Shown in pieces: positions 27,950 to 37,879 of a stretch of DNA of 64,000 nucleotides. This DNA is from Candidatus Latescibacterota bacterium (GTDB taxonomy: Bacteria > Latescibacterota > UBA2968). Under the pieces are notes generated by a model. It was not told the origin of the DNA. It saw only the letters and a list, made by a program, of their open reading frames with translations, and ran no database searches. The stretch is from the NCBI GenBank assembly GCA_965208125.1, contig OZ242320.1:2336001-2400000 (forward strand). Reading direction: 5' to 3'. A program made the translations under genes and the position numbers. Every line of letters begins with the position of its first letter. The stretch's first letter is position 1.

Positions 27950-28449
27950 GTGAGATGCCTCGCGTCTGATGGGGTGAGTGCGTGGGACACACGCAACAGT
28001 CAGACACAAAGCAAATGGCAGGCCAAAAAATGGTAATCCTCCAGAAATTGAGCGATAATTTGTATTGGCGGACGCCTGAACACCATATTGTGCTTTAAAT
28101 ATGCTGTATTGCACACTTGTTCACAACCTGAATTTCAGGTTCGCCTGTTGAAGTGGGAGCGGCACAGAATAATTTTGGATGCGAAAGAGTAAAATTTGAG
28201 CGACGAATGGGCAGTTATGTGAAAGATATGTACCGCTTTTCCTGTGGCTACCGCGATGGTTCTTGTGTAATGTCAGTGATTTATCCACGGTTTAGACTGG
28301 TCGTGCCACAGTGAATGTCTATAGCCATTCCGACCTTGCACGAAAGGCCAATATAGTCTATTATTGTACCAATTTTTTATTAGGATAGAAGTGGTCTGAG
28401 GCTGGGCGAATAGTCTCGCTGGGAATGGACTATCACAATAGAGAGAAAT

Positions 28450-28641
28450 ATGCAAGTTGAGCGTAAAACGCCAGATTTGGAAGCGATATTGGAAGTATTC
28501 CGAGAACTGGGATTAGAGGATGCCAGGGTAAGAGACGAGTTTAAGCAATTGGCCGAGTTAGGCGATTGGCATACGTGGAGAAAAGGGCGTCTCGAACCAC
28601 AGGATACTCAAAATAATACTGAATCGGGGCTTTTCACATGA
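28450..28641 (+). CDS. Hypothetical 63-aa protein
   Basis: GAGAG RBS-like site; stop overlaps the next start (ATGA). Confidence 0.5.
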   Translation: MQVERKTPDLEAILEVFRELGLEDARVRDEFKQLAELGDWHTWRKGRLEPQDTQNNTESGLFT

Positions 28642-29036
28642 TTAAAGACATCCAGAATCTGATCAATGACTATCATATTTGGCTTAAGGACAAGACGGTA
28701 CTGAACCAGATTGATCAGTGGATCGTAATTACAACGCCCTATCTTGATCGCCACAACGACTATTTGCAGATTTATGTCAAGAAGACCAACGGGGGATTCT
28801 TGTTGACGGATGATGGATACATTATAGATGACCTGAAGCAAAGCGGCTACAAACTCGACAGCCAGAAGAACCAGGAACTTCTCCAGATGACGCTCAGTGG
28901 TTTTGGTGTAAAGAAGGATGGCAATGAGTTGCAGGTCCATGCTTCGGCGGAGAGTTTTGCTTCATGTAAACACAATCTCGTACAGGCGATGCTTGCCGTT
29001 AATGATATGTTCTATCTGGCAATAGAAACCTCCTGA
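28638..29036 (+). CDS. DUF1828 domain protein (ends before the usual DUF1829 half)
   Basis: [17 protein letters not shown]...LTDDGYII...[14 protein letters not shown]. Confidence 0.85.
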   Translation: MIKDIQNLINDYHIWLKDKTVLNQIDQWIVITTPYLDRHNDYLQIYVKKTNGGFLLTDDGYIIDDLKQSGYKLDSQKNQELLQMTLSGFGVKKDGNELQVHASAESFASCKHNLVQAMLAVNDMFYLAIETS

Positions 29037-29150
29037 TCCCTTTCACTTAATCCACCATTTAAGACACCACGCCTAACAGAAATTCCACCACCAGTGCCTT
29101 CCAGATGCCGATTGGTCAGGCCACAGTGAGTTTTTATGATAGTGGTGGTC

Positions 29151-29185
29151 TTGCAATATAGACTAATATGGTCTATATTAGTCTA
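29151..29185 (+). promoter_or_regulatory. Promoter and palindromic operator of the TA operon
   Basis: TTGCAA-17 bp-TATATT overlapped by a perfect inverted repeat TAGACTAATAT-N5-ATATTAGTCTA. Confidence 0.75.
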
Positions 29186-29207
29186 ACTTTTTTATGGAGG
29201 CTTGATC

Positions 29208-29486
29208 ATGGGGCGTTCCAAATCCCGACAGACCTGGACCGTTGCAGAAGCTAAGGCTCGCCTTTCCGAGATCTTGCGCCTTGCTGAACAAGAAGGGCCG
29301 CAGCATATCGGCACAAGGAAGTCATTTGTCGTCGTACCCGCCGACGCTTGGTACGCGAAAACGCCACCTCGCAAACCTATGGGGCAGTGGTTGGTTGACA
29401 ACATGCCGCGCGGGATTAATCTTGAAATCCCAAGTCGTCATGAACCTGAACGCGAGATTCCATTTATTTCTGAAGAAGACAAATGA
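29208..29486 (+). CDS. Phd/YefM-family antitoxin
   Basis: WTVAEAKARLSEILRLAEQEGPQHI; GGAGG RBS. Confidence 0.88.
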   Translation: MGRSKSRQTWTVAEAKARLSEILRLAEQEGPQHIGTRKSFVVVPADAWYAKTPPRKPMGQWLVDNMPRGINLEIPSRHEPEREIPFISEEDK

Positions 29487-29902
29487 ACGGTTTTCTCCTC
29501 GACACAAACGTAGTCTCAGAGTTAACAAAGAATGTGCCGAATTCGCAGGTCATTACGTTCCTGGCCGCTCAAAATGATCTGTGGTTGTCGATTATCGTGC
29601 TGCATGAACTGGATTTTGGCTTGAATTTGCTTCCTTTGGGGCGTCGTCGAGACCGTATAAGTGCTGCTTTAGCGGCATTCGTCACGGAGTACGAGGACCG
29701 AATTCTGCCAGTAGATCGTCCAGAAGCTGAACAGGCAGCCTCCCTGAGGGCGCAAGCTCGTCGTTCTGGTCGTGTCCTGCATTTGGGCGATGCGCTAATC
29801 GCTGGTACAGCCAAAACACATAACCTCGCAGTTGCGACGAGAAACGTGGCGGATTTCGATGGCTTAGACGTGGATGTTACCAATCCCTGGGAGGCGACGT
29901 GA
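29483..29902 (+). CDS. vapC: VapC PIN-domain toxin
   Basis: [30 protein letters not shown]. Confidence 0.92.
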   Translation: MNGFLLDTNVVSELTKNVPNSQVITFLAAQNDLWLSIIVLHELDFGLNLLPLGRRRDRISAALAAFVTEYEDRILPVDRPEAEQAASLRAQARRSGRVLHLGDALIAGTAKTHNLAVATRNVADFDGLDVDVTNPWEAT

Positions 29903-32900
29903 CAGGCGTCACTGAAGCTACTGTAGAAGATGCCGCGCTTGCTTATTTGGGGGACCTCGGCTGGGGCGTTGTCCATGGTCCCGATATTGCTCCTGATACG
30001 CCGGGGGCAGAGCGAGCGGATTATGGAGATGTGGTTCTGGGGCAGCGGTTGCAGGATGCGCTTGTGCGACTCAATTCTGATCTTCCCGCGGGCGCGTTGG
30101 ATGATGCTTTTCGCAAGTTGACCCGGCTTGAGGGTACATCGCTGGCGTTTCGCAATCGCGCTTTTCATCGTTTGATGGTGGATGGTGTTACGGTGGAGTA
30201 CCGGGATGCGGGTGGGGGTGTGCGTGGGGCGCAGGTGAAGGTTATTGATTTTGACGTTCCCTCCAATAACGACTGGCTCGCGGTCAATCAATTTACGGTT
30301 ACTGAGAATAAGAATACCCGACGTCCGGATGTTGTGCTGTTCGTGAATGGTCTGCCTCTGGGGATCATTGAACTCAAGAATCCGGTGGATGAGGATGCGA
30401 CGATATGGACGGCGTGGCAGCAGCTTCAGACGTATAAGGCGGAGTTGCCGTCTCTGTTTGCGATGAATGCGGCTTTGATGGTTTCGGATGGGATGGAGGC
30501 GCGGGTTGGTACGTTGACTGCCGGGCGCGAGTGGTTTAAGCCCTGGCGTACGATTTCAGGTGAAGGTCTGGCTGATTCCAATATGCCCGAATTGCAGGTG
30601 ATGCTCGAAGGCGTCTGCGATGTCGGGCGTTTTCTTTCGCTGGTGCGCGATTTTGTTGTTTTTGAGGATGATGGCAGTGGTGTGCTGGCGAAGAAGATGG
30701 CTGGTTATCACCAGTTCCACGCGGTGCGGGTGGCTGTGGGTGAGACGCGGCGTGCTGTGGAGTTGCAGCACGTTGGGGGCGCTGAAGGTGGTGGCCGCTA
30801 CGAGTCGGGCCAGCCGGGAGGTGCGCCGGGTGATCAGCGCATTGGGGTGGTGTGGCATACGCAGGGGTCGGGTAAGAGTTTGACGATGGCTTTTTATGCG
30901 GGGGCTATTGTTCGGGATCCGGTGATGGAAAATCCGACGATTGTGGTTTTGACGGATCGCAACGATCTGGATGATCAGCTTTTTGGCACGTTTTCTCGTT
31001 GTCGGGATTTGTTGCGTCAAGCGCCAACACAGGCGAGCAACCGCGCTGATTTGCGTCGCAAACTGTCTGTGGCGTCCGGGGGCGTGGTGTTTACGACTAT
31101 TCAGAAGTTTTTCCCGGAGGAGAAGGGCGATACCCATCCGATGCTTTCGGCACGGCGCAATATTGTGGTTATCGCCGATGAGGCGCATCGGAGTCAGTAC
31201 GATTTTATCGATGGGTTTGCGAGGCATATGCGCGATGCTCTGCCCAATGCTTCTTTTGTCGGTTTTACCGGGACACCTATTGAGTTGCAGGATGCGAATA
31301 CCCGCGCTGTGTTTGGCAATTATATCAGTATTTATGACATCCAGCGTTCTGTAGAGGATGGCGCAACGGTGCCGATTTATTACGAGAGTCGTCTTGCCAG
31401 GCTGTCATTGGACGAGCAAGAGAAACCGACGGTTGATCCGGAATTTGAGGAGGCCACAGAGGGTGAGGAGGTCGAGCGGAAGGAGAAGCTCAAGACCAGG
31501 TGGGCGCAATTAGAGGCGATTGTCGGGACGGAAAAACGGTTGAGGCTTCTTGCCGAGGATATGGTTGCCCATTTTGAGGAACGTCTTGAGGTGATGGATG
31601 GCAAGGCGATGGTTGTTTGTATGAGCCGCCGGATATGTATTGATCTTTATCGGGAACTTGTGCGCTTGCGTCCGCATTGGCATGATGAAGATGATGATGG
31701 GGGAAAGATCAAAGTTGTGATGACGGGTTCTGCATCTGATCCGGGTGACTGGCAGCCGCATATTCGCAATAAGCCGCGGCGCGAGGCTCTGGCGCAGCGG
31801 TTCCGCGATGCGTCCGATCCGCTGAATATTGTGCTGGTGCGCGATATGTGGTTGACGGGGTTTGATGCGCCCAGTTTGCATACGATGTACGTCGATAAGC
31901 CGATGCGCGGGCACGGGTTGATGCAGGCTATTGCGCGTGTCAACCGGGTGTTTAAGGATAAGCCGGGTGGTCTGGTGGTTGATTATCTGGGGCTTGCCCA
32001 CGAACTCAGGTACGCATTGGCGACCTATACTGAGAGTGGGGGTACGGGGAAGACTGCGCTCGATCAGAAAGAAGCGGTGGTGGTGTTGCGGGAGAAATAC
32101 GAGATTTGTTGTGGTTTGTTTTACGGGTTTGATTGGTCCAGATGGGCTACTGGTACGCCTCCGGAGAAGTTGGGGTTGTTGCCAGCGGCACAGGAGCATA
32201 TTCTGGCGCAGAAGGATGGTAAGGATCGCTGTTTGCAGGCGGTTCGGGAATTGTCGCAGGCTTTTGCGTTGGCTGTGCCACACGAGGAGACACGGCGTAT
32301 TCGGGATGATGTGGCGTTTTTTCAAGCTGTGCGGTCGGTGCTGGGTAAGCGCGCGCCAGTTGATGCGCGGCCTCAGGAGGAATTGGATCTGGCCGTGCGT
32401 CAGATTGTTTCGCGTGCGGTGGCGTCCGACGAAGTGACGGATATTTTTGCGGCGGCGGGGTTGGATAAGCCCGATATCTCGGTGTTGTCTGACGAGTTTT
32501 TGGCTGAGGTGCGGGGGATGCCGCAGCGCAATCTTGCGGTGGAGTTGCTTCAGAAGTTGCTCAAGGGCGAGATTTCGAGTCGCATGCGGAAGAATGTGGT
32601 GCAGGCGCGGTCGTTCGCCGATATGCTGGAGCAGACTATCACGCGCTACCAGAATCGCACGATTGAGGCGGCGTATATTATTGATGAGTTGATTAAGCTG
32701 GGGAAGGAGATGCGCGAGGCTCAGGCGCGGGGTAAAGACCTCGGTATGAGTGAGGAGGAGTTGGCTTTTTACGACGCGCTTGAGACCAATGATAGTGCGG
32801 TTCAAGTTTTGGGCGATGAGACGCTTCGCACTATTGCCCGCGAGTTGGTGCGGACTGTGCGGGAAAATGTGACGATTGATTGGACGCTGCGAGAGAATGT

Positions 32901-33033
32901 GCGCGCGAATTTGCGCCGGTTGGTCAAGCGCATTTTGCGCAAGCATGGGTATCCGCCGGATAAAGCGGACAGCGCGACGCTTACGGTTTTGAGACAGGCG
33001 GAGGTGCTTTCAGAGGGGTGGGCTGTGGGATAG
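29899..33033 (+). CDS. hsdR: Type I R-M restriction subunit R
   Basis: [58 protein letters not shown]. Confidence 0.97.
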   Translation: MTGVTEATVEDAALAYLGDLGWGVVHGPDIAPDTPGAERADYGDVVLGQRLQDALVRLNSDLPAGALDDAFRKLTRLEGTSLAFRNRAFHRLMVDGVTVEYRDAGGGVRGAQVKVIDFDVPSNNDWLAVNQFTVTENKNTRRPDVVLFVNGLPLGIIELKNPVDEDATIWTAWQQLQTYKAELPSLFAMNAALMVSDGMEARVGTLTAGREWFKPWRTISGEGLADSNMPELQVMLEGVCDVGRFLSLVRDFVVFEDDGSGVLAKKMAGYHQFHAVRVAVGETRRAVELQHVGGAEGGGRYESGQPGGAPGDQRIGVVWHTQGSGKSLTMAFYAGAIVRDPVMENPTIVVLTDRNDLDDQLFGTFSRCRDLLRQAPTQASNRADLRRKLSVASGGVVFTTIQKFFPEEKGDTHPMLSARRNIVVIADEAHRSQYDFIDGFARHMRDALPNASFVGFTGTPIELQDANTRAVFGNYISIYDIQRSVEDGATVPIYYESRLARLSLDEQEKPTVDPEFEEATEGEEVERKEKLKTRWAQLEAIVGTEKRLRLLAEDMVAHFEERLEVMDGKAMVVCMSRRICIDLYRELVRLRPHWHDEDDDGGKIKVVMTGSASDPGDWQPHIRNKPRREALAQRFRDASDPLNIVLVRDMWLTGFDAPSLHTMYVDKPMRGHGLMQAIARVNRVFKDKPGGLVVDYLGLAHELRYALATYTESGGTGKTALDQKEAVVVLREKYEICCGLFYGFDWSRWATGTPPEKLGLLPAAQEHILAQKDGKDRCLQAVRELSQAFALAVPHEETRRIRDDVAFFQAVRSVLGKRAPVDARPQEELDLAVRQIVSRAVASDEVTDIFAAAGLDKPDISVLSDEFLAEVRGMPQRNLAVELLQKLLKGEISSRMRKNVVQARSFADMLEQTITRYQNRTIEAAYIIDELIKLGKEMREAQARGKDLGMSEEELAFYDALETNDSAVQVLGDETLRTIARELVRTVRENVTIDWTLRENVRANLRRLVKRILRKHGYPPDKADSATLTVLRQAEVLSEGWAVG

Positions 33034-33038
33034 GTGGT

Positions 33039-33881
33039 TTAGCACGTCACGCCGAGTTCGTCGCCGCCGTAGATGGCGAGGCGTTCTTTTGTGGTTAATT
33101 CCACGGTGCTTTCGGGGCGGTAGTGGTATTGCAGTGCCCTGCGGCGGTGAGCGGATTGGTTGGTTGGGCTGCCGTGATGGGTCATGCCGTGCCAGAAGAG
33201 GCAGCCGCCGGGGTCGAGGGGGACGGTGACGTTTCTGGGTACGGCGACGTCTGTGTCGCATATTTGCCAGTCGCGCCGCCTGAAATGCGGGATGGGTCCT
33301 TCGCGGTGTGAGCCGGGGATGATGTGCAAGCATCCGTTTTCTTCTGTTGCGGCGTCGATTGCGATCCATACGCCGACGACAGTGGTGCCGACGGGGTAGT
33401 TGAAGTACGCGCAGTCTTGGTGCCAGGGTTTTTCGCGGCCTATGTGCGGGGGTTTGATCAGTCCCATGTCCTGGAAGAGTACGGGTGTGTCGTTCATCAT
33501 GCGGGAGAGGACGGAGAGGATGTTGGGATCGTGGGCGAGGTCGTTGAGTCGGGTGTCGTGATCGACGAATTTCCAGATTTTACGCACGCTGTCGCGGCGC
33601 GCTTCGCCTGTGAGTTCGGAAAATTGTCCGCGTTTGGCGGCTTCGGCCAGTATGCCTTTGAAGTCCTGGCTTTTGCCGTCGATGAGATCCCACATGGCCT
33701 GGCCCGCAGATTCGATTTGTTGCGGTGTGAATGCCCGTTGAATGGCGAGGTATCCCTGTTCGTGAAATCGAGCGATTTGACGGTCGTCGATGTCGGCGAG
33801 GGTGTCGAGATAGTCTGCCCGTCTGGTTGTTTCGTAGAGGGATGGGTCGTGCATCGCGATGGGTGTTTCGGCGGTTGCCAT
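33039..33881 (-). CDS. PhyH-family Fe(II)/2OG dioxygenase (canonical HQD)
   Basis: FHEQGYL, KPWHQD, WIAIDAATEENGCLHIIPGSH, HHGSPTN..RRA. Confidence 0.9.
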   Translation of the reverse strand: MATAETPIAMHDPSLYETTRRADYLDTLADIDDRQIARFHEQGYLAIQRAFTPQQIESAGQAMWDLIDGKSQDFKGILAEAAKRGQFSELTGEARRDSVRKIWKFVDHDTRLNDLAHDPNILSVLSRMMNDTPVLFQDMGLIKPPHIGREKPWHQDCAYFNYPVGTTVVGVWIAIDAATEENGCLHIIPGSHREGPIPHFRRRDWQICDTDVAVPRNVTVPLDPGGCLFWHGMTHHGSPTNQSAHRRRALQYHYRPESTVELTTKERLAIYGGDELGVTC

Positions 33882-33900
33882 GGGAGGCTCCTGGAAAAGC

Positions 33901-34000
33901 AAGTGTGAAGTAGGAAGTGTGAAGTGTGAAATGGGATGAGGCACCAGCTTTAGGGCGGTGTTGGGTGGCCTTCTCACTTCTTCCTTCTCACTTCTAACTT
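33901..34000. repeat. Inverted arrays of 7-nt repeats
   Basis: AAGTGTG AAGTAGG AAGTGTG AAGTGTG ... CTCACTT CTTCCTT CTCACTT CTAACTT. Confidence 0.6.
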
Positions 34001-34057
34001 TTTCTGCCTGCATTTTACATAACTTTTAATGAGGTGTCAATACTATCGGAGTTCATT

Positions 34058-36118
34058 ATGTCTGAAACACAACCCCTACCACTTCCTCCGAATTTTAATC
34101 CCGAGACTTTTATGCTGTCTCGCTGGGAAGAGGGTAAGGTCTATCACGCGCCGCGTCTGGCGGCTGAGTTTGCCAACGGTCTTCTGGCGAATGGTACGCG
34201 TGAGGATGTCGATTTGGCTGAAAAGGTGCTCGATGCGATGCTGGCGTGTCAGGAGACGCGTGAGGGCGATCCCCATTTGGGGAATTTTCTCTGGGAGCGC
34301 GAGGACGAGGTGGTGGAGGATTTAAATGCGGTGCAGTTTTGTCTTTTTCAGCTTATTCCACTGATGATTAATTATGGGAATGCGCTTTCTGCGGATTTGC
34401 AAGAGCGCGTTCGCCAGAGTATTCGCCTGGGGCTGGAGGAGGTTCGGCGGATTGATGTTCATTTTCGCTATACGAATATTGTGGTTAAGGATATTACCAA
34501 TACGTGTCTGGGTGGGGAGTTGCTCGGGGATGAGGCGTTTGTGAATCGGGGGTATGAGAAGTTTCAGGCGTGGATGGATTTTACGACCCGAAATGGCTGT
34601 GCGTACGAGTTTAATAGTCCGAATTACGCGAATGTGGCGATGCGCGTTTTGCACAGGCTGGGCGAACTGGTGCAGCACAAGCCCACGCGCATTGGCGCCA
34701 GGGCGATGTGCGCGCGTATTGGTCTTTCAGCAGCACTGCATATTCATCCGCCTACGGGTCGCTGGGCAGGGCCTTTTAGTCGGGCGTACCGGCACGCGCT
34801 TTTTTGCCAGTCGCCGCCGGAGATTGATGATTTTCGCGCGTATATTGAGGCGGGTATTCTTCCCGATTGGCTGTCCGATGCGGTTGATTACCGGCCAGAG
34901 ACGTTTTTTCTCGCGGAGACTGCCGATTCGGAAAATGGTGTGGGGATTTCTACGTATCACAGTTCTTCGTTTGCGCTGGGGGTTTCTTCTCAGGAGCTTC
35001 GCAGTCAGACGAATCGCTTTATTACCGGGCAGTCGAGTGTTTTTATCGCGCATCACAAGACGGATACGGATCAGACGGGTGTTATTTATTCCCGGTATGT
35101 GCTGGATGATCACTGGCTCGGGTCGTTTCGGTCAACGCCTGCGCGGTCCAATGATCAGATTCTTTTTGAGGAGGGCCAGTGTCATAATGTGCAGGATGGT
35201 TCTCGGGCGATTGTGCTCTATTCGCCGAAGGATCTGGGGGCGATGGCGCCGCGGAGTAGTGCCAAAGCCGTTGTGTGCTGGCACGATCGGGGGCTGGTGG
35301 ATGAGATTTGGGTCAATGATGAGAAGGTGGAGAATTTGCCGTTCGATGTTCCGGAAGGTGCTACGGTTGGTGTTGCGATCGGTCCTGTTTTTTCTGCGAT
35401 TCGTCCGCTTGCGCGTACAGATCTGGGGCGGAATGCGCCTCTTCGTCTGGTGGCATACGATACGCATCTTTTTTTCGAGATCTATAATTATCTCGGTCCG
35501 TTCAAGACCTTCTGGGAGCAGGGGCATCCGGGTTCTTTTTTTCAGGGTAAGCCCCGGTGCGGTTTTTATGCGGAGATGGTCGAGCGGTCGGATTATGCGG
35601 ATGTGCAATCTTTTGTGCGGGCGGTTGCTGGCGGTGCTCTGAGAGATGCTGCTGCGCCTCCTGTGACTTATGATGCGGAGAAGACGCGGCCGTGGTCTGT
35701 GGAATATACCCGGGATGGGGAGACGCTGGGTATTGAGATCGATTTGCTGGATTGGGTTCTTCAGAAGCGCTGGACGCACGCGGGTGCGCTCGGCTGGCCT
35801 CCGCTCGAGTCACCTTTTGCCCGTCAGAGCAGTGCGGGCGAGATTTCGGTTGGTGACGCCAGGTTGATCTGCGGAAGACAGCCCGCATGGCTTTTTGCAT
35901 GTCCGGAGACTGAGCGCTATGTGGCGGCTTTTTACGGGGTGGAGCCAGAACCGCTGACGCTTACGGTGCCCGAGGGTGAGGTGCATATTGAGGCGATGGG
36001 GACGGGTACTGTGATTTGGGATAAGGGTGAGGTTGCGGTTGAAGCTGTTCAATGCGCGGGCGTTAAAGTCGCGGGTGGGCGTGTGGTTTCTCGTATTATA
36101 GCAGAGGAGGGCGCGTGA
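34058..36118 (+). CDS. Conserved hypothetical protein (EFNSPNY motif; possibly lyase/hydrolase-like)
   Basis: Long ORF with host codon style and GGAG RBS; stop overlaps the pcp start. Confidence 0.7.
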   Translation: MSETQPLPLPPNFNPETFMLSRWEEGKVYHAPRLAAEFANGLLANGTREDVDLAEKVLDAMLACQETREGDPHLGNFLWEREDEVVEDLNAVQFCLFQLIPLMINYGNALSADLQERVRQSIRLGLEEVRRIDVHFRYTNIVVKDITNTCLGGELLGDEAFVNRGYEKFQAWMDFTTRNGCAYEFNSPNYANVAMRVLHRLGELVQHKPTRIGARAMCARIGLSAALHIHPPTGRWAGPFSRAYRHALFCQSPPEIDDFRAYIEAGILPDWLSDAVDYRPETFFLAETADSENGVGISTYHSSSFALGVSSQELRSQTNRFITGQSSVFIAHHKTDTDQTGVIYSRYVLDDHWLGSFRSTPARSNDQILFEEGQCHNVQDGSRAIVLYSPKDLGAMAPRSSAKAVVCWHDRGLVDEIWVNDEKVENLPFDVPEGATVGVAIGPVFSAIRPLARTDLGRNAPLRLVAYDTHLFFEIYNYLGPFKTFWEQGHPGSFFQGKPRCGFYAEMVERSDYADVQSFVRAVAGGALRDAAAPPVTYDAEKTRPWSVEYTRDGETLGIEIDLLDWVLQKRWTHAGALGWPPLESPFARQSSAGEISVGDARLICGRQPAWLFACPETERYVAAFYGVEPEPLTLTVPEGEVHIEAMGTGTVIWDKGEVAVEAVQCAGVKVAGGRVVSRIIAEEGA

Positions 36119-36714
36119 AAATTTTACTGACGGGTTTTGAACCCTGGGCTGAGTGGTCGTCCAATCCATCGGGTGCTGTGGCTGAGTCTCTGGACGGGTC
36201 TTCGATTGGTGGATGCGAGGTTGTTTCGGCTGTGTTGCCGGTTGTTCACGGGGCGGATATTGATCGGGTTGCCCAGTTGATATCAGAACACGAGCCAGCG
36301 GCGGTGGTGTGTTTGGGGTTGCACGGTTCTGCGTCTGCGCTCCATGTCGAGCGCGTTGGGATTAATTTGAAGGTGATAGATGGGGTCGATTATCCCATTG
36401 TTGAAGGGGGTCCGGATGCCTATTTTGCAACTGTGCCGACCCGGGCTATGGTTCAGCGGATGGAGGATGCCAAAGTGCCGGCGAGGCTGACGTATTCGGC
36501 GGGTACGTTTCTGTGCAATCATATTATGTATTCTGTGCTGCATCTGGTCGCTGAGGATGATCTGCCTGCGGGGTTTATTCACGTGCCGCCTACGCCAGAG
36601 CTTATTGCGGAACTGGGCAGGTCGCAGCCGAGTATGGCACTGGATACGATTCGGACAGGTGTGGTTGCCGGGGTTACAGTTGTGGTGGAAAATATAAAGG
36701 TCAGGAGGGTGTGA
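36115..36714 (+). CDS. pcp: Pyroglutamyl-peptidase I
   Basis: ILLTGFEPW...NPS, VERVGIN, SAGTFLCN, GFIHVP. Confidence 0.93.
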   Translation: MKILLTGFEPWAEWSSNPSGAVAESLDGSSIGGCEVVSAVLPVVHGADIDRVAQLISEHEPAAVVCLGLHGSASALHVERVGINLKVIDGVDYPIVEGGPDAYFATVPTRAMVQRMEDAKVPARLTYSAGTFLCNHIMYSVLHLVAEDDLPAGFIHVPPTPELIAELGRSQPSMALDTIRTGVVAGVTVVVENIKVRRV

Positions 36715-37799
36715 TGTCGAAGATCAAAATGGGGATTGTTGGTTGCGGGGCGATTGCACAGGTGCAGCACATGCCGAATTTGGGGATTTTGCACGCGCTT
36801 TATGAGGTGACGTGGGTGTGCGATATTTCGCCGGGGTTGGCGCGGTGGCTGGCAGAGGTTTTTGGCGTGCCGAATTATACGACGGATCCGCATGAGTTGT
36901 TACAGGCGCGGGATGTGGATGCGGTGATTTTGTGCCATGCGGATCCAAAGACCGAGCTGGCGGTGGCGGCTTTTGAGGCGGGCAAGCATGTGTTTATTGA
37001 GAAGCCGATGTGTTATTCGCTCGGGGAAGTGGATGCGATATGTGCCGCGAAGGAGAAAGCGGGGACGGTGGGGCAGGTGGGCTATATGAAGGTTTATGAT
37101 CCGGCGTATGAGTTGGCACGGGAGGAGGTTGGGGATGCGGGGGATGTGCGTTTTGTGCAGGTGAATCATTTGCATCCGAATAATAATTTGCATTTGAAGC
37201 AGTTTGAGTTGACTTATTTTGACGATTTACCGCCCGAAGCGGCAGTTGAGAGAAACAAAGCGCGGCAGGTCGCTTTGAGGCAGGCGGTGGGCGATGTGTC
37301 AGATGATGTTGCGCGGGCGTTTTTTACGCTGTCGGGGAGTATGATTCACGATTTGTACGGTTTGCGTCTGATGCTGGGCAATCCGACGCGCGTGGTGAGT
37401 ACCGAGGTGTGGCAAGGCGGGCGGGCGATGACGACGATTTTGGAATATGCATCGGGGGCGCGGTGCGTGGCTACGTGGATCGATTTACCAGACCTCTGGC
37501 ATTTTAAGGAGACGCTTGAGGTTCACAAGGACGATAAGCGCGTTATTCTGTCGTATCCCACGGGTTTTGCACGGGGGATTTTGTCAACGCTGGATGTGCT
37601 GGAGATTCACGCCAATGGGTCTCACGGTACGCGCAGTCCCGAGATTGATTGGGAGAGTCCGTTTGTGCGAGAACTCCGGCATTTTTACGCGTGTATTACA
37701 GATGGCGAGCCGTGCCGCACACCCGTGGAAGATGCGCGGTATGATATTGGGTTGATTATTGATATTACAAAGGGGTATGTGAATGGGGGAGGTGGGTAG
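36711..37799 (+). CDS. Gfo/Idh/MocA oxidoreductase
   Basis: GIVGCGAIA, AGKHVFIEKP, QVGYMK, MIHD. Confidence 0.9.
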   Translation: MMSKIKMGIVGCGAIAQVQHMPNLGILHALYEVTWVCDISPGLARWLAEVFGVPNYTTDPHELLQARDVDAVILCHADPKTELAVAAFEAGKHVFIEKPMCYSLGEVDAICAAKEKAGTVGQVGYMKVYDPAYELAREEVGDAGDVRFVQVNHLHPNNNLHLKQFELTYFDDLPPEAAVERNKARQVALRQAVGDVSDDVARAFFTLSGSMIHDLYGLRLMLGNPTRVVSTEVWQGGRAMTTILEYASGARCVATWIDLPDLWHFKETLEVHKDDKRVILSYPTGFARGILSTLDVLEIHANGSHGTRSPEIDWESPFVRELRHFYACITDGEPCRTPVEDARYDIGLIIDITKGYVNGGGG

Positions 37800-37822
37800 A
37801 TCAAAAATCACATCTTTAAGTA

Positions 37823-37862
37823 TAAAAATAGCCCGTCAATGCCATTTGATTGACGGGCTTTG
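37823..37862. terminator. Bidirectional intrinsic terminator
   Basis: AGCCCGTCAAT...ATTGACGGGCT between convergent genes. Confidence 0.75.
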
Positions 37863-37879
37863 TGATGTTGACCTCGTGC

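Noticed and set aside
27960-28440. Long intergenic stretch as ncRNA or att site
   Set aside because: No convincing stem, tRNA fold or direct repeat could be identified by eye.
31510-32946. 478-aa minus-strand ORF (also 12360-13787, 2723-3601, 34554-35642)
   Set aside because: These overlap hsdR or other confident genes in antisense or alternate frames and have unnatural composition.
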